Of a stretch of 64,000 nt of DNA, positions 56,941 to 64,000 are shown one piece after another; position 1 is the first letter of the stretch, and each line of letters starts with the position of its first letter. Position numbers and translations under genes: made by a program. The notes under the pieces were generated by a model that saw only the letters and a program-made list of their open reading frames with translations, did not search any database and was not told the DNA's origin. The DNA comes from Eubacteriales bacterium (GTDB lineage Bacteria > Bacillota > Clostridia > Oscillospirales > CAG-272): the NCBI GenBank assembly GCA_045644805.1, contig JAZRHO010000036.1:2504-66503 (forward strand), in the 5' to 3' direction.

Positions 56941-59900
56941 ATGGCATGGACAAAAGAACAGGCTCTCGCTATTGCTACAAGAGACAGAACTCTGCTTGTC
57001 AGCGCAGCGGCAGGCTCTGGAAAAACAGCGACTCTCACCGAGAGAATAATACAATCCATACTCGATGACAAAAGCCCCGCCGACATCGGCAGAATGCTGA
57101 TAGCGACCTACACGAACGCAGCCGTTGACGAGCTTCGTGAAAGAATCGGAAGAGCTATCAAAAAGGCGGCTCGCGAAAACCCCGACAATGCGCGTCTTGA
57201 AGAGCAGCTCTTACGTTTAAAAGACGCAAAAATACTCACTATAACCTCGTTTTGCAACAGTATTTTACGCATGTCCGCAGAAAGTATAGGTCTTGCGCCG
57301 AATTACAGAATAGCTGAGCCTGCAGAGGCAAAAATACTTTCCTCTTCCGTTATGGAAGCTCTTATTAACGCGGCATACGAGGGAGAGCTGTGCGAGGTTT
57401 GCTCCGCAGATGAATTTATTGCTCTTACCGACGTTCTTTGCAGCGCAAGATATTCGGAGGGGCTTTCCGAATCCTTTTCTTACGTCTTTGAAAAGCTGAA
57501 ATCCACCGAGCTTGGAATTGACACGCTCCTACCTCTTATAGAGGAATATAACCCAAAAAAATTCACCTCAGCCGAAAACACACGAATAGGAAAATATATA
57601 ACAAATCACACAAAGAACGCCTTTTCGGAGTATGAAAAGGCTTACGCTTCCATTATAAAGCTCGCAGGTACGGAGAGAATAGACAAAAAGAACCTGCCAA
57701 AGGCAGAGAGCGACCTTGCCTTTATCAGAGAATTTAATGCTGCCGAAAGCTATTCTCAAAGGCGCTCTGTGATTAACCGTTTCAAGAGTGCTTCGCTATC
57801 AAATTCAGGCAGAGAGCCTATAACCGATTTTTACGTAAGGCTTAAGCAGATTCGTTCTTATTTAAGCGAAGATGTCAAAGAGTTTAATCTCGAATTCTAT
57901 TCATACAGCGAGGAAGAATGGCGAGATTTGTACGCAAAGCTTTACAATTTGCTCAATATTTTCTATAAATTTCTCAAGAAATTCTACACTTCGTTCATGG
58001 AAGAAAAGCGGAGACGCGGCATATGCGAATTTTCTGACGTCGAAAGATATGCTTACGAGGCGCTTTATAACAAAGACGGAAGCAAGAGCGATCTGGCAGA
58101 AGAAATATCCCGTGAATTTGACTCTGTCTATGTTGACGAATACCAAGACGTCAATGCTCTGCAAAACAAGGTCTTTTCAGCTATATCGAGAGATGATAAC
58201 CGATTTATGGTTGGGGATATAAAGCAAAGCATTTACGGCTTTCGCTCGGCGCGCCCCGAAATATTTGCCGGTATGAAGAATGATTTTCCGATTCTCGGGG
58301 ATGATGGTGACTATCCGTGCGCGTCACTTTTCATGTCCGATAATTTCAGATGCGACGAGGGAGTGGTTGACTTTGTTAACGGTGTTTTTGATACGATGTT
58401 CGGTCTTCTCGGCGGCAGCATAGGCTATATCCCCGAGGACAAGCTCAAATTCTCAAAAATATATCAGGAATCCGACACGCCAGTACACCATATACCCGAA
58501 ATTCATATTATTGAAAGACCGGAAAAAATCAAGCATGCCGAGCAGTCGGACGATGCCTCGGAGCAAGCGGCAGAAGAAAATCAGAGCAACGCGCATATAA
58601 TGGCAAGGCGTATAAGTGCAAAGATATCCGAGCTTATAGAAACAGGCACTCTTGCAAACGGAGCGCGTATTGAGCCCAAGGATATCGCAATTCTCGTTCG
58701 TTCTGTAAAGGGAACACACTCCGAGGCGATAGTCGAGGAGCTTAAGAGCATCGGAATAAGCTCGCGCCTTACAGATAATTCAAATCTCTTTATGAGCAAC
58801 GAGGTTCTTCTTGCGCTCTCATTTCTTTACAGTATTGATAATCCAAAAAAGGACGTATATCTTGTCGCGCTTATGTGCTCTCCCATATATTCATTCAGTG
58901 CAGACGAGGTTTTGAAAATACGCAAAGAATCGAGTGCTGATACAGTCTGGGACTCACTCATTGAATATACAGAAAAACACACCGACTATGAAAAAGGCAA
59001 GCGCTTTATCGACTCACTTTACCGTTACAGAAGACTTGCCGAGGGCATGCCTACGGATACTCTTCTCGGATTTATCTACCGAGAAAGCGGACTTCTAGCT
59101 CTCGCGGCAAAAAGCGGAGGGCGGGACAATCTGATACTCCTTCACTCGTACGCCGCAAAATATGAAAAATCCGACTTCAAGGGACTTTACAGCTTTATAA
59201 GCTATATAAACGCAGTAATAGAAAAGAAGGAAGAATATCCAGCCGCGACCGCGCCGGAAGAAGCCAATGCCGTAAGTATTATGACGGTGCACAAATCAAA
59301 GGGTCTTGAATTCCCTGTTACTATAATCGCCAACGCTTCGGCAAAAAGCGGAGGAGGAAATGAGGGAAGAGTCACCTTCTCCGAAAATTTCGGTATCGCT
59401 CTGAAGGCAAAGGATGACAGCGGGCTAGCTCTCGTAGACAATCCCGCAGTGAACGCGATAAATCACTACATCGAAAGAATCGAATTTGAAGAGGAGCTCC
59501 GTGTTCTTTACGTTGCGCTGACAAGAGCCAGAGAAAGATTATATATCTACGCAACCTCGCCAAAGGCTGCCGTCGAAGATTATACCGAGGGAATCGAGAG
59601 CCTTCGCAGCATTATTTCCCCGTACTTTGCGACAAAAGCAAAAAGCTTCCTTGATATAATAATGGTCTCAAAAAGCTTTGGCAGAGTATTTATCGACCCA
59701 CCCTTCAAGGATGATACGAAGGATATAACGGAAAGCTGCACGGATATAACAGACGTCAGCTGCGCACCTTCAGCTTCTCTTTCTGATTTGGAAAGCGGCA
59801 GCTTAAAGCAAAAGCTATCCGAACGTTTTTCTTTCGAATACCCGCTATCCTATCTCGAAAGAGTTCCTGAAAAGGTCTCTATATCAAAGCTATCGCCAAC

Positions 59901-60615
59901 CGTGCTTGACGAAAACGAAAAGCACGATATGCCGCTCGATTCGCTTTTCTCCGAAAAAGCGTTCATATCCGACCCTGACAGAATTCAGGATGAGAGCAAG
60001 ACCGACGGGACTAAGCGTCAAACGCTTCCCTCTTTTATGACCGGAACCTCTCAAAAGGAGAGCGCAAAGCGCGGTATTGCCACTCATATGGTTATGCAGT
60101 TCTGCGATTTTGAGCTTCTCGAAAAGAGGGGAACCAACGCAGAGCTTGCGCGTCTTGTCTCCCTTGAATTTATCGGAACAGAGGATGCCGCGCGCGTAAG
60201 GCGCCGCGAGATAGACAAATTTATACTCTCCCCTCTTTTCAAAGAGCTCAAGGAAGCAAAGCAGGTTTACCGTGAGCTTCGCTTTAATCTTAAGCTCCCG
60301 GCAGAGCGTTTTACCGAGGACTCGGATAAAAAAGAGCTTCTTTCGGGACACGACATATTGGTGCAGGGCGTAATCGACTGCATAATAGAGCGTGCCGACG
60401 GAAGCCTGCACCTTGTGGATTACAAAACAGACAGGCTGACAAAGGAAGAGCTCCTTGACGTAGAGCTTGCAAAAGCGCGGCTTCGATCGGCGCACAGCCG
60501 TCAGCTTTCCTATTACAGCGACGCGGTCAGTCTGATATTCGGAAAATCTCCGTCAAGGGTAGGCATTTATTCTCTTCATCTCGGCGATGAGGTAGCTTTG
60601 GATTTTATGCATTGA
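56941..60615 (+). CDS. addA: ATP-dependent helicase/nuclease subunit A
   Basis: 1224-aa ORF starting WTKEQALAIATRDRTLLVSAAAGSGKT, with UvrD-like motifs and a C-terminal RecB-type nuclease (GVIDCIIERADGSLHLVDYKTD). Confidence 0.9.
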   Translation: MAWTKEQALAIATRDRTLLVSAAAGSGKTATLTERIIQSILDDKSPADIGRMLIATYTNAAVDELRERIGRAIKKAARENPDNARLEEQLLRLKDAKILTITSFCNSILRMSAESIGLAPNYRIAEPAEAKILSSSVMEALINAAYEGELCEVCSADEFIALTDVLCSARYSEGLSESFSYVFEKLKSTELGIDTLLPLIEEYNPKKFTSAENTRIGKYITNHTKNAFSEYEKAYASIIKLAGTERIDKKNLPKAESDLAFIREFNAAESYSQRRSVINRFKSASLSNSGREPITDFYVRLKQIRSYLSEDVKEFNLEFYSYSEEEWRDLYAKLYNLLNIFYKFLKKFYTSFMEEKRRRGICEFSDVERYAYEALYNKDGSKSDLAEEISREFDSVYVDEYQDVNALQNKVFSAISRDDNRFMVGDIKQSIYGFRSARPEIFAGMKNDFPILGDDGDYPCASLFMSDNFRCDEGVVDFVNGVFDTMFGLLGGSIGYIPEDKLKFSKIYQESDTPVHHIPEIHIIERPEKIKHAEQSDDASEQAAEENQSNAHIMARRISAKISELIETGTLANGARIEPKDIAILVRSVKGTHSEAIVEELKSIGISSRLTDNSNLFMSNEVLLALSFLYSIDNPKKDVYLVALMCSPIYSFSADEVLKIRKESSADTVWDSLIEYTEKHTDYEKGKRFIDSLYRYRRLAEGMPTDTLLGFIYRESGLLALAAKSGGRDNLILLHSYAAKYEKSDFKGLYSFISYINAVIEKKEEYPAATAPEEANAVSIMTVHKSKGLEFPVTIIANASAKSGGGNEGRVTFSENFGIALKAKDDSGLALVDNPAVNAINHYIERIEFEEELRVLYVALTRARERLYIYATSPKAAVEDYTEGIESLRSIISPYFATKAKSFLDIIMVSKSFGRVFIDPPFKDDTKDITESCTDITDVSCAPSASLSDLESGSLKQKLSERFSFEYPLSYLERVPEKVSISKLSPTVLDENEKHDMPLDSLFSEKAFISDPDRIQDESKTDGTKRQTLPSFMTGTSQKESAKRGIATHMVMQFCDFELLEKRGTNAELARLVSLEFIGTEDAARVRRREIDKFILSPLFKELKEAKQVYRELRFNLKLPAERFTEDSDKKELLSGHDILVQGVIDCIIERADGSLHLVDYKTDRLTKEELLDVELAKARLRSAHSRQLSYYSDAVSLIFGKSPSRVGIYSLHLGDEVALDFMH

Positions 60616-60671
60616 CAAACAACAGCAAGTGTGATAAAATATATAAAATATTATGAAAAGAGGTGTTACCA

Positions 60672-61034
60672 ATGGCTTTGCAGGAATCGGGAGAAATGTA
60701 TCTTGAATCCATTTATATGCTCTCGAAAAAGAAGGGGGACGTTCATGCTATCGACGTTTGCGAATATATGGGTTACTCCAAGCCTTCGGTAAGCCGCGCT
60801 ATGGGAATTCTCAAAAGCGGAGAATATATAACTGTTAACAAGGAAGGAAGCATACGCCTTACCGACAAGGGGCTTTCAGTGGCAAAAAGCATGTATGAAC
60901 GCCATATGCTTCTTACCGATTTTCTTATTCAGCTCGGTGTTACCGACGAGGCGGCTTCCGCAGACGCGTGCAAGATAGAGCACGTAATAAGCGAAGAATC
61001 CTTCACAGCAATACAAAGATACATGAAAAAATAA
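60672..61034 (+). CDS. DtxR/MntR-family metal-dependent transcriptional regulator
   Basis: Start set at ATG 60672 with AAGAGGTG upstream. The protein reads MALQESGEMYLESIYML..SKPSVSRAM, with a C-terminal dimerisation/metal-binding domain. Confidence 0.85.
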   Translation: MALQESGEMYLESIYMLSKKKGDVHAIDVCEYMGYSKPSVSRAMGILKSGEYITVNKEGSIRLTDKGLSVAKSMYERHMLLTDFLIQLGVTDEAASADACKIEHVISEESFTAIQRYMKK

Positions 61035-61039
61035 CTCAC

Positions 61040-61077
61040 AAGGCAGATGAGCAAAGATGCGCTCGTTTGCCTTTTTT
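61040..61077 (+). terminator. Rho-independent terminator after the DtxR-family gene
   Basis: AAGGCA..GAGC (61040-61052) pairs with GCTC..TGCCTT (61061-61073), followed by a T-run. Confidence 0.6.
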
Positions 61078-61164
61078 ATCTCCTGTTTTTCGACAAAACA
61101 ACCGTATTTGATTTGGGATTTTTTGGTCTTTTTTAACAAATTTTCAAAATTGGAGAAAAAGTTG

Positions 61165-61193
61165 TTGACTTTTTGTTAACACGGTAGTATAAT
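61165..61193 (+). promoter_or_regulatory. Sigma-A type promoter of the feo operon
   Basis: TTGACT (61165-61170), a 17-bp spacer, then TATAAT (61188-61193). Confidence 0.6.
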
Positions 61194-61203
61194 TCTTAAT
61201 AGA

Positions 61204-61219
61204 GTTAGCATATGCTAAC
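61204..61219. promoter_or_regulatory. Perfect 16-bp palindrome, candidate metalloregulator operator
   Basis: GTTAGCATATGCTAAC lies 11 bp downstream of the -10 hexamer. Its half-sites GTTAG/CTAAC also occur in DtxR/IdeR boxes, though with different spacing. Confidence 0.45.
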
Positions 61220-61245
61220 CGCACTTTGTTACAAGGAGACCTGCT

Positions 61246-61458
61246 ATGTTACCTTTAACGTTTGCCACGGTTGGAGAAGAAAACATCATAAAAAGAGTCG
61301 GTGGCGGTCCGGAAACAAAAAAGCATCTTGAGGACCTCGGATTTTCCGTCGGAGGCACCGTTACGGTCATAAACACTATCGGCGGTAACATAATAGCAAA
61401 GGTCAAGGAATCAAGAATCGCAATAAGCAGCGAGATGGCACAAAAAATTATGATTTAA
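61246..61458 (+). CDS. feoA: FeoA-family protein
   Basis: 70-aa ORF with an SH3-like FeoA pattern (IIKRVGGGPETKKHLEDLGFSVGGTVTVI). Confidence 0.85.
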   Translation: MLPLTFATVGEENIIKRVGGGPETKKHLEDLGFSVGGTVTVINTIGGNIIAKVKESRIAISSEMAQKIMI

Positions 61459-61485
61459 GCTCTTTTACTCTATAAGGAGGTAAGC

Positions 61486-61707
61486 ATGAGAACACTCAAG
61501 GATATAAAGATAGGCGAATCCGCATCCGTTGTAAAGCTTCACGGCGAAGGCGCGACGAAGCGCAGAATAATGGATATGGGTATCACCAAAGGCACAGACG
61601 TTTACGTTCGTAAGGTTGCTCCGCTCGGAGACCCCATCGAAGTGACGGTACGCGGCTATGAGCTCTCCATTCGCAAGAGCGATGCCGAAATGATTGAAGT
61701 AAATTAA
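61486..61707 (+). CDS. feoA: FeoA-family protein (second copy)
   Basis: 73-aa ORF reading VVKLHGEGATKRRIMDMGITKGTDVYVRKVAPLGDPIEV. Confidence 0.85.
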   Translation: MRTLKDIKIGESASVVKLHGEGATKRRIMDMGITKGTDVYVRKVAPLGDPIEVTVRGYELSIRKSDAEMIEVN

Positions 61708-61804
61708 ATTTCACATGGGGGATATACCCCCATAACCAATCCCCTTCGGTTAGCGATGACTAACTGAAGAAATTATCACCATTTATATATGAAAGGAAAG
61801 AACA

Positions 61805-64000
61805 ATGGGTATTAAAATAGCCCTTGCAGGTAACCCCAACTGCGGTAAAACAACGCTTTTCAACTCTCTTACGGGTTCAAATCAGTACGTTGGAAACTGG
61901 CCGGGAGTTACCGTCGAGAAGAAGGAAGGAAAGCTCAAAAAGCATGATGACGTTATCATAACCGACCTTCCGGGTATTTACTCGCTATCCCCCTACACTC
62001 TCGAAGAGGTCGTTGCGCGCGACTACCTCATAACAGAACGTCCCGACGCGATACTGAATATCGTTGACGGAACAAACCTCGAAAGAAACCTCTATCTTAC
62101 CACTCAGCTCACAGAGCTTGGTATCCCCGTAGTCATCGCCATCAATATGATGGACGTTGTTAACAAGCGCGGAGACAAAATAAATACCCAAGAGCTTTCA
62201 CGTCAGCTCGGTTGCAAGATAGTTGAGATTTCAGCACTTAAGTCAACCGGTATAGCAGAGGCGGCAGAGGCGGCAATTGAAGCGGCAAAGCTTGGAAAGC
62301 CTGTTCCTATGCATACCTTCTCAGGCGGAGTTGAGCACGTTCTCGCGCATATTGAAGAGGCGGCAGTGCATAACCTTCCCGAAGAAGAGCAAAGATGGTA
62401 TTCCATCAAGATTTTCGAGCGTGACGAAAAGGTTCTTGAAAAGCTTGACCTTAACGAAACGGTAAAAGCACACATTGAGAGCGACATCGCAAAGGTTGAA
62501 AGAGACCTCGACGATGACGCCGAAGCGATAATCACAAATGAGCGCTACATTTACATAGCAGGTCTTATGAAGGCGTGCTATAAGAAAAAGAGCACGGAAA
62601 ATCTCACAATATCAGATAAGATAGACAGAATAGTTACGCACCGCATATTCGCGCTTCCCATTTTTGCGGCTATAATGTTCCTCATTTACTTCATTTCAAT
62701 AGGCTCTATCGGTGATTTCACCGTAACGTTTATGAACGATGCTCTCTTCGGCTCCTTTGCCGAAACTTATCCCGGCACGTTTATGGAGGGCTGGATTTCC
62801 ATTCCAGAGCTTCTTGATTTAGCTCTTTTAGACAATGCAGGCGACCCAAGAATCGCGCCCTGGCTTTACTCTCTTATTCAAGACGGTATCATCGGCGGTG
62901 TCGGCGCAGTTCTCGGCTTCGTTCCTCAGATGATTATTCTCTTCCTTCTCCTCTCGCTTCTCGAGGATTGCGGATATATGGCACGCGTTGCGTTCATTAT
63001 GGACAGAATATTCCGCAAATTCGGCCTTTCGGGTAAATCCTTCATCCCTATGCTCGTTGCGACAGGCTGCGGTGTTCCCGGCGTTATGGCGTCGAGAACA
63101 ATCGAGCAGGACAGAGACAGAAAGCTCACCATTATGACTACCTGCTTTATGCCCTGCGGAGCAAAAATGCCTATCGTAAGCATGATTGCGGGCGCGCTCT
63201 TCGGAGACAATGCTTTTGAAGCTGCTCTTATTTCGGTAAGCGCATACTTTATAGGTGTTGCGGCAGTTGTTATCTCAGGTATAATTCTCAAAAAAATGAA
63301 GGTGTTTGCAGGCGATCCTGCTCCGTTTGTTATGGAGCTTCCTCAGTATCACGCTCCCGTTGCAGGTAATACCTTCCGCGCAACGTGGGAACGAGGTTGG
63401 TCCTTCATCAAGCGTGCGGGTACTGTTATCTTCGCTGCAAGCGTTATTATCTGGATCTTAAGCAGTCTTTCCTTTGAAGGCGGCTTCCACTACATAACCG
63501 ACGATTTCGGCGGTATCTCAATTCTTGAAGCCATCGGCACAGGCATTGCATGGATATTCGCACCTCTCGGCTTTGGAAACTGGCAGGCAGCCGTTGCTAC
63601 CGTTCTCGGACTTGTTGCCAAGGAAGAGGTTGTCGGTACGTTTGGAACTCTTTCCTCTTTGGCAAGTGCTGACCTCGCTATGGAAGGCGATTCGGCTATG
63701 TATGCTATCATAGCGTCCGAATTTTTCGGCGGCTCTAAGCTCGCGGGCTTCTCATTCATGGTATTTAACCTTCTTTGCGCTCCCTGCTTTGCTGCAATGG
63801 GTGCTATCAAACGCGAAATGAATAACGGCAAGTGGACCGCGTTCGCGATCGGTTATATGTGTGCCTTTGCGTATGGCGCTTCGTTCTGCATTTACAACAT
63901 AGGCGCGCTCTTCACCGGAGGATTCCGCTGGTGGGAACCTATTACCGCCATTTTATCCCTTGCTATCATCGCAGGTACAGTTTATCTTCTTGTGCGCAAA
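61805..64000 (+). CDS. feoB: Ferrous iron transporter FeoB (C-terminus beyond the window)
   Basis: Absent from the ORF track because it has no stop in the window. ATG 61805 gives MGIKIALAGNPNCGKTTLFN (the G-protein P-loop). The frame stays open for 732 codons to base 64000, and the mid-region DRIVTHRIFALPIF is typical of FeoB. Confidence 0.9.
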   Translation, partial: MGIKIALAGNPNCGKTTLFNSLTGSNQYVGNWPGVTVEKKEGKLKKHDDVIITDLPGIYSLSPYTLEEVVARDYLITERPDAILNIVDGTNLERNLYLTTQLTELGIPVVIAINMMDVVNKRGDKINTQELSRQLGCKIVEISALKSTGIAEAAEAAIEAAKLGKPVPMHTFSGGVEHVLAHIEEAAVHNLPEEEQRWYSIKIFERDEKVLEKLDLNETVKAHIESDIAKVERDLDDDAEAIITNERYIYIAGLMKACYKKKSTENLTISDKIDRIVTHRIFALPIFAAIMFLIYFISIGSIGDFTVTFMNDALFGSFAETYPGTFMEGWISIPELLDLALLDNAGDPRIAPWLYSLIQDGIIGGVGAVLGFVPQMIILFLLLSLLEDCGYMARVAFIMDRIFRKFGLSGKSFIPMLVATGCGVPGVMASRTIEQDRDRKLTIMTTCFMPCGAKMPIVSMIAGALFGDNAFEAALISVSAYFIGVAAVVISGIILKKMKVFAGDPAPFVMELPQYHAPVAGNTFRATWERGWSFIKRAGTVIFAASVIIWILSSLSFEGGFHYITDDFGGISILEAIGTGIAWIFAPLGFGNWQAAVATVLGLVAKEEVVGTFGTLSSLASADLAMEGDSAMYAIIASEFFGGSKLAGFSFMVFNLLCAPCFAAMGAIKREMNNGKWTAFAIGYMCAFAYGASFCIYNIGALFTGGFRWWEPITAILSLAIIAGTVYLLVRK

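Overview
This 64-kb window looks like ordinary chromosome from a spore-forming Clostridia-class Firmicute, with about 47 protein genes and dense, operon-like packing. All family calls come from motif recognition by eye; no searches were run. I found no rRNA, tRNA, CRISPR array, transposase or integrase.

Recognisable content:
- Housekeeping genes: pyk, cls, greA-lysS, ribF-prmA-rsmE, truB-addA.
- A 2-oxoglutarate-forming cluster: Re-citrate/homocitrate-synthase-like gene, GntR regulator, aconitase, isocitrate/isopropylmalate-type dehydrogenase.
- A glycerophosphodiester and glycerol-3-phosphate oxidation theme: two GDPD genes and a GlpA-like/oxidoreductase/DUF1667 trio.
- Peptidases: two S1C, plus S41, M16, M19 and U32.
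- Sporulation genes spoIIE and spoVM.
- A DtxR-family regulator followed by feoA-feoA-feoB.

Three real genes are missing from the supplied ORF track:
- A lipoprotein gene that runs off the left edge (1-1157, minus strand).
- feoB, which runs off the right edge (61805-64000).
- A 23-codon spoVM (51600-51671, minus strand).

A frameshifted XRE gene (42887-43127) is also hidden below the track's length cut-off.

Candidates most worth a second look:
1. A 1443-aa exported lipoprotein built from tandem His+3Cys modules that I cannot place in a named family. A second member lies at the left edge.
2. A low-GC DnaD/HTH_36-like gene next to a 690-bp AT-rich spacer carrying two mirrored composite DnaA-box dyads, far from any dnaA gene.
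3. A translationally coupled acyltransferase-GT8-GT8-acyltransferase operon.
4. A 27-nt duplication of the lysS 3' end bracketing a 139-nt GC-rich insert.
5. An S1C protease carrying 17 collagen-like G-X-Y triplets.

I cannot show that any of these is a new system. They are leads that need HMM, structure or comparative checks.
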